Positions 27,773-37,689 of a stretch of 64,000 nt of DNA are shown here, piece by piece. Source of the DNA: Alphaproteobacteria bacterium (GTDB lineage Bacteria > Pseudomonadota > Alphaproteobacteria > CALKHQ01); NCBI GenBank assembly GCA_965227515.1, contig CBDDFZ010000001.1:3808001-3872000 (forward strand), in the 5' to 3' direction. The translations under genes were made by a program, and so were the position numbers. How positions within the stretch are numbered: position 1 is the stretch's first letter; every line of letters begins with the position of its first letter. The notes under the pieces are model-generated. The model did not search any database. It saw nothing but the letters and a program-made list of their open reading frames with translations, and was not told where the DNA came from.

Positions 27773-28258
27773 TCAAAGGCCAGACAACCCCGGATCGACC
27801 ATGCGGTGCAGGCGGCTGGCGGCCGCCAAGCCATAGCGCAGCATCACCGCGCGGCGCCGCGACGGCGCCACCTTCTGCACGGCGGCCGGGCGCACCACAT
27901 CGGCGCCGTGACCGTCTGCCACCAGAATGCCGGTGTCGTCCGGGAGCAGCGCGGTATCGAACGCCGCCGGCACGGCAAAGAAGAACAGATCGCAATAGGG
28001 CAGGTACTCGGGCCACTTCCGGTCCGCCCGCAGGTCGGCCACGCTGGTCTTGATCTCCACGATGGCGATCGTCCCGCGGTCGTCGATGCCGACCACATCG
28101 GCTCGGCGTCCGTTGCGCAGCACGAACTCGGGCAAGGGCTGGTACCCGCCGGCCGCAAGCCAGCGGCTCACCCCCCGGCAGACTTCCAGTGCCGGCGCCC
28201 GGCCGTCCACGACCGGCTCGCCGGCATCGGCACCGATAAATGTTTTGGTTATGTTCAT
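27773..28258 (-). CDS. mmcB: MmcB family DNA repair putative endonuclease
   Basis: GRRADV, IVEIKTSVADLRADRKWPEYLPYCD; true start likely downstream of 28258. Confidence 0.88.
   Translation of the reverse strand: MNITKTFIGADAGEPVVDGRAPALEVCRGVSRWLAAGGYQPLPEFVLRNGRRADVVGIDDRGTIAIVEIKTSVADLRADRKWPEYLPYCDLFFFAVPAAFDTALLPDDTGILVADGHGADVVRPAAVQKVAPSRRRAVMLRYGLAAASRLHRMVDPGLSGL
28242..28256 (-). promoter_or_regulatory. Alphaproteobacterial LexA box (one mismatch)
   Basis: Minus strand GAAC-ataacca-AAAC versus GAAC-N7-GAAC at the 5' end of mmcB. Confidence 0.6.
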
Positions 28259-28315
28259 GGCCGCATTAGGCCATGCCCGACCCGGCAGGTCAACGCACCG
28301 CTGGATGAAACGAGA

Positions 28316-29731
28316 TCAGCGCTCGCCGAACGCGGAGTTCAGCGCGTTGTAGACCGGCTTCACCATGTAGGAGAGCAGCGAGTGCTCGCCGATGTTGATC
28401 GAGACCTGGGCCTGCATGCCGGGCACGATCTCGTGGCGGTCGACGCCTTCGCCCACGCCGGTCTCGTCCAGCGCGATGATGGCCTTGTAGTAACTCTGGC
28501 CTTCCTCATCGACGAAGGTGGATGCCGAGACCCGCACCACCCTGCCCGGCACCATGCCGTAACGCGAGACGTCGAAGCCTTCGATAATGATCTCGGCGGT
28601 CTGGCCAACCGTAACGTAGCCAACGTCGCTCGGCTTCAGGCGCGCCTCGACCTCGAGCACGCCGTCGACCGGCACGATCTCGGCCACCGTCGCGCCCGGG
28701 GCCAGCACGCCGCCACCGCCGCCGATGGCGACCAGATTGATCACGCCGCGCACCGGTGCGCGGATGGCCAAGCGTTCGACGCGATCCTCGAAGCGGCGAA
28801 TGGACTCGTCGAGTTCCGCCAGTTCCGTGGCCACACGGCCAAGCTCATTGGCCGACTGGTTGCGCTGCGTCAGTTCCAGCTCGGTCTGCTGCTGACGGAT
28901 CTCTTCCACCCCCTGCATGGCGCTCAGGATGTTGCCGCGTGCCTCTTCCAACTCGCCGACGGTGCGGACATAGGCGCTTTCGACCTCGAGCCGGCGCGCG
29001 CGCGACCCCCAGCCCTGCGCTTCCAGTTGCTGCTGCATGGCCAATTGCCGGCCGACAACGTTGACCTGCTGTTCCAGGCTCTCGACGCGGCCTTCCAGTG
29101 TCTGGACCTCCAGTTCCCTTTGCGCCAGTTGGCTGTCCAGGATCGCGCTTTGACCATTCAGGCTGTCCACCCACAGCTCGTAGATGGCGATCTGGTCGAA
29201 CGCGATCTCCGGGTAGTCATGGATGAACGCGTCGAAGTCGGGCTCCAGCCCCATGCTCTGGGCACGCAGCCGCTCGACCTCCACCGAAAGTGCTGCGTGG
29301 CGCACCATCATCTGGTCCAGGTCGGCATTGTTGGCAACGGGGTTGAGCTGGGCCAGTGGCTGGCCGACCTCGACAAGGTCGCCCTCCTGCACCAGCACCG
29401 ACTGTACGATGCCGCCCTCCAGGTGCTGAACCGTCTGCACCTGGCCGGCCGGCACGACCGAGCCTGCGGCCACCGAGGTGGTCACGACGGGAACCACCGC
29501 CGACCACAGGGCACCGCCGATGATGAACAGGAAGATCGCCAGCACGGCGTAGAACCCGGCGCGAGGCGGCCCGGACTCCTCCAGCATGGTGGCGCTGGAC
29601 AGAAGCGTGAGCTGGCGGCGATTGCCGTCGCCGCCCTTGGTCATGGCCGCAGCCAGAATGTCGCCGCGGCGGCCGGTGTCCTGGCCGGCGGCGCGCAGGG
29701 CCAGTCCCGCTGCGTTGCTGTGCGCGGTCAT
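28316..29731 (-). CDS. HlyD family type I secretion membrane fusion protein
   Basis: VQHLEGGIV, IRAPVRG, PGM, YMVKP. Confidence 0.93.
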   Translation of the reverse strand: MTAHSNAAGLALRAAGQDTGRRGDILAAAMTKGGDGNRRQLTLLSSATMLEESGPPRAGFYAVLAIFLFIIGGALWSAVVPVVTTSVAAGSVVPAGQVQTVQHLEGGIVQSVLVQEGDLVEVGQPLAQLNPVANNADLDQMMVRHAALSVEVERLRAQSMGLEPDFDAFIHDYPEIAFDQIAIYELWVDSLNGQSAILDSQLAQRELEVQTLEGRVESLEQQVNVVGRQLAMQQQLEAQGWGSRARRLEVESAYVRTVGELEEARGNILSAMQGVEEIRQQQTELELTQRNQSANELGRVATELAELDESIRRFEDRVERLAIRAPVRGVINLVAIGGGGGVLAPGATVAEIVPVDGVLEVEARLKPSDVGYVTVGQTAEIIIEGFDVSRYGMVPGRVVRVSASTFVDEEGQSYYKAIIALDETGVGEGVDRHEIVPGMQAQVSINIGEHSLLSYMVKPVYNALNSAFGER

Positions 29732-31893
29732 GACTTCTGACCCATCAGCTTCGGCACGATGACGTCCGGTGCCGCGTCCGCTACCAACATGCCGCGATGG
29801 AACACCACCACCCGGTCAGCCAGTTTCATGTGGCTGGGGCGGTGGGTCACGTAGATCACGGTCGCACGGCCGCGCACCGCCGTGAGCGCGGTCATGAACG
29901 ACGAGTCGCCGGCGTTGTCGAGTGCCGCCGATGCCTCGTCCAACAGCAGGATCGCCGGGCGGCGCACATAGGCGCGCGCTAGCGCCAAACGCTGCATGAA
30001 GCCGGCAGGGAAGCCCGCATTGCGATGGTCGCCGATGCGGGTCGCAAACCCTTCGGGCAATGCCTCAATTTCCTTCAGGACCGCCGCGAGCCGGCACGCC
30101 TCGGCCAGATCCTCATCGGACGCCGCCGGGTTCGACATGCGCAGGTTCTGGCCGATGGTGCCGTAGAAGCTGACCGGCACCTGGGGCACGTAGCCGATGG
30201 ACTGGCGGAGCTCGATGGGGTCGAGCTGGCGGGTGTCGATGCCGTCGATCTCCACCACGCCGGCGCTCTGGCGATAGAGGCCCAGCACGATCTTCAACAG
30301 CGTGGACTTGCCCGAGCCGCTGGCGCCGGTGACGGCGATCAATTGCCCCGGCTGGATATTGAGGCTGACACCCTGCAGCGCCGGATCGTTGCCCCCGGCA
30401 TAGCGGTGGCTGACGTTGGTGAGCTGGATGTGACCGCGGTAGAGGATGCGCTGCGACGACCGCGAGGTGGAGCGCTTCTCGCCCTGGAACCGCATCAACT
30501 GGTTGAGCTGACGCACCGACTGAATGATCTGCTCCAGGCGGTTGATCAGCATGAAGCCGGACTGGATCGGCGCCAGAACCCGCCAGATCAGGGTGGTGGT
30601 CGCGATCAGCGCGCCCACGGTCATCAGGCCGTCCATCACCCGCACGATGCCGAAGCCCAGGGTCGCGATGCCGGCCACCATCATGATCGAGATCGTGACG
30701 TTCTGGATGGTGGCGGTCTGCGCCGCGACCTTGAAGTTGGCCATGGCGACGTCGGCCGACAGGTCGCGGAAGCGTTCGGCCCACACCCGCTCGCCGGAGA
30801 GCTGCTTGATGGAGCGCATGTTGGCCAGCGCCTCGACCGCCAGGATGTGGCGCTCGGAGCGAACCTTGCCCGACTCCTTCACCTGCCGCTTCAACGCCGG
30901 CAGCGCGAAGATGCCGAGCACGATGAAGGCGAGGATCAGGACCAGCGGGATCGCGACCAGCGGCCCGGCGACCAGCCAGATCACCGCCAGGAAGACCACC
31001 ATGAACGGCAGGTCCATGGCCAGATTGGCCAGCGGCGAGGAGAAGAAATCGCGCAGGGACTCAAACTCCTTCAGGCGCGAGATCTGGCCGCCGACGGGCG
31101 CGCTGGCGGTGTAGCCGATGGGCAGCGACAGCACCTGCTCGAAGGCGGCCGTGCCGATCAGGAACTCCATCCGGGCCGCGATGTGCGACTGGATGCGCGC
31201 GCGCAGCGCCCGCATGCACAGCTCGATGCCCAGCGCGCCGAACACGCCGACCACCAGATAGACCAGCGTGTGCGGCGCCTGGGCGCCGATCACCCGGTCG
31301 AAGATGGTCATGATGGTCAGCGGCACGATGATCATCATGATGTTGGCGAAGAAGGTCAGCGCCAGCGCCCACGCCACCAGCCGGCGGAACCGCGAGGCGA
31401 TGCCGGCGAACCAGTTCTCCGGCGGCCGATCCTCGTTCTGGTGCGGAATGTCGATCGCCTCGATGACGTAGGCCGTACCTTCCGGCAGGTCCTTCGCAAG
31501 CTGGCGCTCTTGGCCCGTTTCAACGTCTAAGACGGTCGGTTGCCGCCCGCCGCTCAGCGCCACGAAGGGCACCCCGCGGTCGGAGACGAACAGCATCGGG
31601 AACATGCGCTCATCCAGGCGGGACAGGCGACCGCGGATCGGGGACGTGCGATACCCCAGCCGCACAAGGACGTTGCGCAGTTCGCCGAGGTCCAGGTCCT
31701 GCGCGAAGTGCGGCAGCGCCTCGGTCAGGTCGCGGGCATCGCCGCGCCAGCCGAGCACGTTCAAGAGCGGCATCAGGCAAGCCGAGAACGCGCTCAGCTC
31801 GGTCTGCCCGCCCGGTCCGATATTGTGCAGCGCGGCCTTCAGGGCTTCGGCCTGCTCTCCCGCGGTTTGCGCGGTGGCGAGCTGGATGCTCAT
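29728..31893 (-). CDS. Type I secretion ABC transporter with N-terminal C39-like domain
   Basis: TMD plus NBD (GASGSGKST, LLLDE, VTHRP). Confidence 0.9.
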   Translation of the reverse strand: MSIQLATAQTAGEQAEALKAALHNIGPGGQTELSAFSACLMPLLNVLGWRGDARDLTEALPHFAQDLDLGELRNVLVRLGYRTSPIRGRLSRLDERMFPMLFVSDRGVPFVALSGGRQPTVLDVETGQERQLAKDLPEGTAYVIEAIDIPHQNEDRPPENWFAGIASRFRRLVAWALALTFFANIMMIIVPLTIMTIFDRVIGAQAPHTLVYLVVGVFGALGIELCMRALRARIQSHIAARMEFLIGTAAFEQVLSLPIGYTASAPVGGQISRLKEFESLRDFFSSPLANLAMDLPFMVVFLAVIWLVAGPLVAIPLVLILAFIVLGIFALPALKRQVKESGKVRSERHILAVEALANMRSIKQLSGERVWAERFRDLSADVAMANFKVAAQTATIQNVTISIMMVAGIATLGFGIVRVMDGLMTVGALIATTTLIWRVLAPIQSGFMLINRLEQIIQSVRQLNQLMRFQGEKRSTSRSSQRILYRGHIQLTNVSHRYAGGNDPALQGVSLNIQPGQLIAVTGASGSGKSTLLKIVLGLYRQSAGVVEIDGIDTRQLDPIELRQSIGYVPQVPVSFYGTIGQNLRMSNPAASDEDLAEACRLAAVLKEIEALPEGFATRIGDHRNAGFPAGFMQRLALARAYVRRPAILLLDEASAALDNAGDSSFMTALTAVRGRATVIYVTHRPSHMKLADRVVVFHRGMLVADAAPDVIVPKLMGQKS

Positions 31894-33722
31894 GACGCCG
31901 CCTGCACGGTCGGCGACGGCTGAACCGTCGCAGGCACCTGGCCGCTTTTCGCGGCCGGCCGCGGGGGCCCATCGGCTGCCGTCACCAGCTGGCCATTCAC
32001 CAGCTGCAACCGGCGGTCGGCGAAGTTCAGCAGCGACGGGCGGTGGCTGGCGACGACCATCGTCACCGTGCCCCGCATCTCCAGCAGCAGGTTGCGCAGC
32101 AACTCGTCGCTGTCCTTGTCGAAACCGCTGTTGGCCTCGTCGAACAGCACGATGCGCGGCTCGCCGACAAGCGCGCGGACCAGGGCGATCTTGGTTCGCA
32201 CGCCGCCCGGCAGCGCGTAGGTCATGTTGTCGCCGATCCAGGTATCCAGGCCATCCGGCAGGCGCGCGATGGTCTGCTCCAGCCCCAACTTGCGCGACAG
32301 TTCCAGCGCGGACTCCATCGCCTCCTGACCGCGGAACATGGTCAGATTGTCCAAGAGCGTCCCCCTGAACAACGACGAGTATTGCGGCAGGTACGCGATC
32401 TGGTCGCGCAACAGCCGCGGGTGCAGTTGATCGGAGGGATAGATGTCGAACTTCAGCGTGCCGCTGCTTGGCTGGATCAGCCCGCTCATCACCCGCAACA
32501 AGGTGGACTTGCCGCTGCCATTGTCGCCGGCGATGCTCACGGTCTCGCCCGGCGCGATGTCCATGCTGACGTCGCGCAGGATCGGTGCGTTCCGGTCACC
32601 GCCATAGGCATAGGTGACATGCTCCAGCCGGATCGCGCCGGCAAGCTTGCCCGGATCGCGGAACTCGCCCGCCGTTTCGGAGGGCATGTCGGCGATGCCG
32701 CTGATGCGGTTTTCCGCGACCTCGATGCTCTGGAACTGGGTCCAGATGCTGACCGCGCGCAGCAATGGCTGGATTGCGCGACCACCCAACAGGGTGCACG
32801 CGGCCAGCGCGCCCATCGTCATCTGCTGGTCCAGCACCAGCACGGCGCCGAACGCGGCCAGCGCGATCATCGACACGTTCGCCGACATCGCGCTGATGGT
32901 CTGCGACATGCCCGAGTGGTAGGCCACCCCGGAAGCCGCCTGGGCCGAGCTGGCCTGCAGGCGCTCGTAGCGGCGGACCATCAGCTTCTCGATGGCCAGG
33001 CCCTTGATGTTGTGGATGCCGTTCAGCACCTCGATGATGAAATTATAGCGCCGGTCGTCCAGCGTGGCGCGCTCGCGCAGCGCGCGGCTCAGGTTGCGAC
33101 CAACCGCCACGGTAAGTGCCGCGCTGATCACCATGACCACCACCGGTACGATGATCAGCGGTCCGCCGATGAACCCGATCAACATCAGGAAGATGACGAC
33201 GAACGGCAGGTCAACCAGATGCAGGATCGCCTGGCCGCCATAGAAGTCGCGCAACGTGTCGATGGCGCCGAACCGATCCAGGTGGACGCCGACCGCGTCG
33301 CGCTCGAAGGCCGTCAGCGGTGCGTCGAGCATGCGGTCGATCAGCCGCTTGTTCAGCGCATGCTCGAAGCGGGCTGCACTCCAGGCGGTTACTCTGGCGC
33401 GCACGATCCGCAACACAGTGTCCAGGACAACGGTCAAAGCCAGGCCGGCCATCAGAAGACTGAGCGTGTCGGTCGCCTGGTTGGGGATGATCCGGTCGTA
33501 GGCCTGCAACATGACGATCGGCAGCCCGAGGGCCAGGAGATTGCTGCCGAAACTTGCGGCCAGAATGTCGGGACGGGAGAAGGCGAGCCCGGGAAGACGG
33601 CGGAGGATATTGGACTTGCCGCTGGGCACAGCACGGCCCTTGGCGGCGGGGGTGGTCCCCGCGCCCGCATTGCGAGCCCCACCAATGGGCCCGATCTGGC
33701 TCGGTCGCGCAGCGATGCTCAA
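31890..33722 (-). CDS. Type I secretion ABC transporter (second subunit)
   Basis: QAYDRIIP TMD, GDNGSGKST, LFDE, SHRPS. Confidence 0.9.
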   Translation of the reverse strand: MSIAARPSQIGPIGGARNAGAGTTPAAKGRAVPSGKSNILRRLPGLAFSRPDILAASFGSNLLALGLPIVMLQAYDRIIPNQATDTLSLLMAGLALTVVLDTVLRIVRARVTAWSAARFEHALNKRLIDRMLDAPLTAFERDAVGVHLDRFGAIDTLRDFYGGQAILHLVDLPFVVIFLMLIGFIGGPLIIVPVVVMVISAALTVAVGRNLSRALRERATLDDRRYNFIIEVLNGIHNIKGLAIEKLMVRRYERLQASSAQAASGVAYHSGMSQTISAMSANVSMIALAAFGAVLVLDQQMTMGALAACTLLGGRAIQPLLRAVSIWTQFQSIEVAENRISGIADMPSETAGEFRDPGKLAGAIRLEHVTYAYGGDRNAPILRDVSMDIAPGETVSIAGDNGSGKSTLLRVMSGLIQPSSGTLKFDIYPSDQLHPRLLRDQIAYLPQYSSLFRGTLLDNLTMFRGQEAMESALELSRKLGLEQTIARLPDGLDTWIGDNMTYALPGGVRTKIALVRALVGEPRIVLFDEANSGFDKDSDELLRNLLLEMRGTVTMVVASHRPSLLNFADRRLQLVNGQLVTAADGPPRPAAKSGQVPATVQPSPTVQAAS

Positions 33723-33910
33723 CCGGCTATTCCTCTATGTTGCTCATGGCCTTCCCCCCTACGACCTAGGCAATGCTGCTTTATTTAGGGTTAATCCCGC
33801 TGCCGGCTCAGTAATCCAAAAAGACTGATGTTGCCGAATTGGCCGCAAAAACTAGGCTGTGGCGGGATAGTTTTAGGCACACGCGAAACTTGTCCTTGCG
33901 GGATCAAAGA

Positions 33911-33926
33911 TTAACGCGGGATTAAC
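33911..33926. promoter_or_regulatory. CtrA box
   Basis: Perfect TTAA-cgcggga-TTAAC upstream of the T1SS operon. Confidence 0.7.
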
Positions 33927-34099
33927 GCAAAACTATTGAGAACGTTATTGCGAAACAGGCACTAGTTGCGGCGTGGGTGGTTGTGTCGGATTTGACGAAT
34001 CGTCGCGCGAAATCCTTGAGACCGATGGCCGAATAGTTGCGCCGCGTCATGGAACCGAGGATAACCGTTTGCCTCGGGTGGCAAGAGCGGCGGGGAACC

Positions 34100-35227
34100 A
34101 TGCCTGAAATCAACTACTTGACGCGCATTATCTTCGACTCAGGTGCGGTCGCGCAGACCGGCGACCTGCTGGCGGCGCGCGGACTGACGCGGCCGATGGT
34201 GGTGACCGATGCCGGCATCGTCGCCGCCGGTCTGGTGGCCAAGCTGATGGACGCGCTGCCGAACGAGGCCGTGGTGTTCGACGGCACGCCGCCCAACCCC
34301 ACCGAGAGCGCCGTTCACGACGCCCTCGCGCTGTTCCGGGAGAATGGCTGCGATGCGCTGGTCGCCATCGGCGGCGGCTCGTCCATCGACCTCGCCAAGG
34401 GCGTCGGCCTGCTGGCCACCCACCCGGCGCCGCTGGCGCAATATGCCGCCATCGACGGCGGCATCGCGCGGATCGCCAAGCCGACCACGTTCCTGATCGC
34501 GGTGCCGACCACCGCCGGCACCGGCAGCGAGGTCGGCCGCGCCGCCCTGATCACGCTGGACGACGGGCGAAAACTCGGCTTCATCAGCCCGCACATGATC
34601 CCGGATATCGCGCTCTGCGACCCGGACCTGACGCTGGGCCTGCCGCCGGGCCTGACCGCCGCCACCGGCATGGACGCGCTGACCCACTGCATCGAGACCT
34701 TCCTGTCGCCGCGCATCAACCCGCCGGCGGACGCCATCGCGCTCGACGGTGTGGCGCGCGCCAGCGCCTGGATCGGCCGCGCGGTGGCCGACGGGTCCGA
34801 CCCGAAGGCGCGCTGGGAGATGATGATGGCCTCGCTGCAGGGCGGGCTCTGCTTCCAGAAGGGCCTGGGTGCCGTGCATTCGATGTCGCACCCGCTGGGC
34901 GGGCTGAAGGACCCGGTGCTGCACCATGGCACCCTGAACGCTGTCATCCTGCCGCCGGTGCTGCGCTACAACGAGGATCATGTCGGCGACAAGTACGAGC
35001 GGCTCTGCGCCGCGATGGGGCTGGCCGCCAACGACGACCCCGCCGATGCCATCGCCCGGTTGAACCAGGAGCTAGGCCTGCCGGCCAATTTGCGGGCGAT
35101 GGGCGTGCCGGAGGCCGTGGTGCCCGCGATGGTCAAAGGCGCGGTGGCCGACCATTCCACCGCCACCAATCCGCGCCCGTTGCAGCAGCCGGACTTCGAG
35201 CACCTGTTCGAAGCGGCGATGGGGTAG
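34100..35227 (+). CDS. Iron-containing alcohol dehydrogenase (4-hydroxybutyrate dehydrogenase-like)
   Basis: GGGSSID, PTTAGTGSE, GMDALTHCIE, HHGTLN. Confidence 0.92.
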   Translation: MPEINYLTRIIFDSGAVAQTGDLLAARGLTRPMVVTDAGIVAAGLVAKLMDALPNEAVVFDGTPPNPTESAVHDALALFRENGCDALVAIGGGSSIDLAKGVGLLATHPAPLAQYAAIDGGIARIAKPTTFLIAVPTTAGTGSEVGRAALITLDDGRKLGFISPHMIPDIALCDPDLTLGLPPGLTAATGMDALTHCIETFLSPRINPPADAIALDGVARASAWIGRAVADGSDPKARWEMMMASLQGGLCFQKGLGAVHSMSHPLGGLKDPVLHHGTLNAVILPPVLRYNEDHVGDKYERLCAAMGLAANDDPADAIARLNQELGLPANLRAMGVPEAVVPAMVKGAVADHSTATNPRPLQQPDFEHLFEAAMG

Positions 35228-35352
35228 CGCAGGAATTCGTAGATGGGCTAACGGCCCTTGTTTGGTGGCGTGCATGAGTGGTCGTCCCTCAAGATGTCGG
35301 TGTCATACACGGAGTCGGGTTTGCCGCTCCAAGACATCGAGGAGAGACGACC

Positions 35353-36396
35353 ATGAACTACTATGCCGGGATTGACGTTTCTTTGGAATGGTCATCGGTG
35401 TGCGTTGTTGACGGCGCGGGCGGGATTGTCTGCGAGGCTCGTATTGCGAGCACGCCGGCGGGTTTGTTGTTGTGGTTTGGGTCTTTGGGGATTTCGGTTG
35501 AGCGGATTGGTCTTGAGGCGGGGCCGTTGTCGCAATGGCTTGTGCGGGAGTGCGCGCAGGGCGGTCTTTCGGTTGAGTTGCTGGAGACGCGTCATGTTGC
35601 GCGGGCCCTTTCGACGATGCCGGTGAAGTCGGACCGCTCGGACGCACGCGGGATTGCTCAGCTGATGCGTGTGGGCTGGTTTCGTCCGGTTCACTGCAAG
35701 TCTTTGGCGGCCCAGGAGATGCGGGCCCTTTTGAAGGGTCGCGACCAGCTCCGCGCGAAGCTGCACGATCTTGAGATGCACCTTCGTGGTCAGCTGCGGA
35801 ACTTCGGGCTGAAGGTAGGGCACACCACCAGGCGCAGCTTTTCGACACGTATTTCGGAGCTTGTGGCGGGGCATCCGGTACTGGAGGCGGTGGCGGGGGC
35901 GCTGCTGTCGGCACGCGATGGCCTGTTGCTATCGTTCACGGCGCTGGACCGGCAGGTCCGAGCGGCATCGCAGGCGGACGATCGCGCTCGCCTGCTGATG
36001 ACGGTGCCGGGCGTGGGGAGCATTGTCGGACTGACCTACTTGTCGGGAGTGGACGACCCCGGGCGGTTTGCCTCGTCGCGCCTGGTGGGGGCGCACTTCG
36101 GCCTGACGCCGACCAAGCGCCAGTCGGGCGAGAGCGAGATGACGGGGCGGATCTCGAAGGTGGGCGATGCGGACGTGCGTGCAGCGCTTTACGAGGCGGC
36201 GCACGTAATCCTGACCCGGCCGATCAAGGGCGGGTGGTTGAAGAGCTGGGCGATGAAGCTGGCCAGGCGAGCCGGCATGAGGAAGGCGAAGGTCGCGCTG
36301 GCGCGCCGGCTGGCCGTGATCATGCACCGGATGTGGGTTGACGGCACCGCGTTCAACCATGCCGGACCGGTGCGCCCGGCGATGGCAGCGGCCTAA
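35353..36396 (+). CDS. IS110 family DEDD recombinase/transposase
   Basis: GIDVS, GLEAG, KSDRSDA, GLTP..QSG. Confidence 0.95.
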   Translation: MNYYAGIDVSLEWSSVCVVDGAGGIVCEARIASTPAGLLLWFGSLGISVERIGLEAGPLSQWLVRECAQGGLSVELLETRHVARALSTMPVKSDRSDARGIAQLMRVGWFRPVHCKSLAAQEMRALLKGRDQLRAKLHDLEMHLRGQLRNFGLKVGHTTRRSFSTRISELVAGHPVLEAVAGALLSARDGLLLSFTALDRQVRAASQADDRARLLMTVPGVGSIVGLTYLSGVDDPGRFASSRLVGAHFGLTPTKRQSGESEMTGRISKVGDADVRAALYEAAHVILTRPIKGGWLKSWAMKLARRAGMRKAKVALARRLAVIMHRMWVDGTAFNHAGPVRPAMAAA

Positions 36397-36671
36397 TGGC
36401 AAAGACGACCGCCGCATAGGGAGAACCAGCACACGAGCTTCGGCGGGCGCAGACACCGGCCCGTCAAGCGCCGTCCCGCGCCGGGACGATGGATCAGGTC
36501 AGGCCGCCATCCAGGATGTCGCCTCGCACGAGAGCACGCTTCCGTAGATTGGACCGACCGATCCTCGCATATCCATCTTGGTGGCGGCCGTGCGCCGACC
36601 CCGTACAGAAGCATGACCCAGGCGCCGGGACGACGAAAAAGGGATTGACCAACAATGGCCCGTTACAGAAG
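36397..36671 (+). ncRNA. Putative bridge/seek RNA region of the IS
   Basis: 275-bp downstream non-coding end with short segments matching the target and donor junctions; exact RNA ends unknown. Confidence 0.65.
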
Positions 36672-36754
36672 CCTGGGTGGAGCGCAGCGGAACCCGGGTT
36701 TCGGCAATCCGCAAACAAGGTCCCCGGGTTTCGTTTCACGTCACCCGGGCTACG
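36672..36754. repeat. GTAG-family REP inverted pair (left arm interrupted by IS110)
   Basis: (cgtAG)cctgggtggagcgcagcggaacccggg ... cccgggtttcgtttcacgtcacccgggctacg. Confidence 0.75.
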
Positions 36755-36763
36755 GTGCGAAGC

Positions 36764-37162
36764 CTACCCCGGCACCACCGCGGTGCACTCGATCTCGACC
36801 TTGGCGCGGTCTTCCAGCAGGCTCCTGACCTCGACCAGGGTCATGGCCGGGTAGTGCGCGCCGAAGCGCAGCCGGTAGACGGCGCCGATCTCCGCCGTGC
36901 GGGCGGCATAATCGGCCTTGTCGACGACGTACCACGTCATCCGCGCCACATGCTCCGGGCCCGCCCCGTCGCAGGCCAGCACGGCAAGCACGTTGTCCAG
37001 CGCCTGGCCGACCTGGTCGACCAGATCATCCGACGCGAAGGTCCCGTCCGCCTGCCAACCGATCTGGCCGGCGACGAACACCATGCGGCCCTGCGCCGAG
37101 ATGCCGTTGGCGTAGCCGCGTGGCGTCGGCCAACCATCCGGCTGCAGTGTCTTTTGTGTCAT
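36764..37162 (-). CDS. RidA family protein
   Basis: GYANG, VFVAGQIGW, YPAMTLVEV, KVEIE. Confidence 0.9.
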   Translation of the reverse strand: MTQKTLQPDGWPTPRGYANGISAQGRMVFVAGQIGWQADGTFASDDLVDQVGQALDNVLAVLACDGAGPEHVARMTWYVVDKADYAARTAEIGAVYRLRFGAHYPAMTLVEVRSLLEDRAKVEIECTAVVPG

Positions 37163-37177
37163 CGCTCCGTTGCCCCC

Positions 37178-37609
37178 CTATCCAGTAGGCTCCGTGTCCA
37201 TGTAGCCAAGCAGCTTATCGCGCATGTCCGGTTCCAGCGGCACCGGCCTGTGATCCTCCAACGAGGTGGAAACGATGGCAAGCCGGCCGGTCAGGCAATG
37301 GGTGCCATCGACCTCCCCGACGATCTCCACCTTGAAGCTGGTCCGGCCGACTTCGGTGACCCGCAGCGACAGCGTCAGCACGTCGCCCATGGTCGCCGGG
37401 CGCACGAAGTCGCACGACGCGTGCGCGCGCGGCATGCCCCGGCGCCGGTTCTCGATCATGTCGCGATAGTCGATGCCGAGGCCGTCGGCGAACCACGCTT
37501 CCGTCGCGTCGTTAAACATGGAGAAGTAATGCGGGAAGTAGACTATGCCCGCCGGGTCGCAATGCGAGAAGCGGATCGGCACGGTGAAGACGTAAGGCAC
37601 GGTCGGCAT
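37178..37609 (-). CDS. Acyl-CoA thioesterase (4HBT family)
   Basis: IRFSHCDPAGIVYFPHY. Confidence 0.9.
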   Translation of the reverse strand: MPTVPYVFTVPIRFSHCDPAGIVYFPHYFSMFNDATEAWFADGLGIDYRDMIENRRRGMPRAHASCDFVRPATMGDVLTLSLRVTEVGRTSFKVEIVGEVDGTHCLTGRLAIVSTSLEDHRPVPLEPDMRDKLLGYMDTEPTG

Positions 37610-37689
37610 TGGCGATGAGTACGCCACCCCGCCGCCGCCGGCAACCTGATGGTGGCTGGCGATTGCCATATGTGCAGAGGACGGCAGAG

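Larger units (their letters stand above)
35243..36671 (+). mobile_element. IS110 family (IS1111-type) insertion sequence with AG core
   Basis: Core AG at 35241-35242 and 36670-36671; subterminal IRs ctaacggccc / ggcccgttac; removal restores a GTAG REP. Confidence 0.85.
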
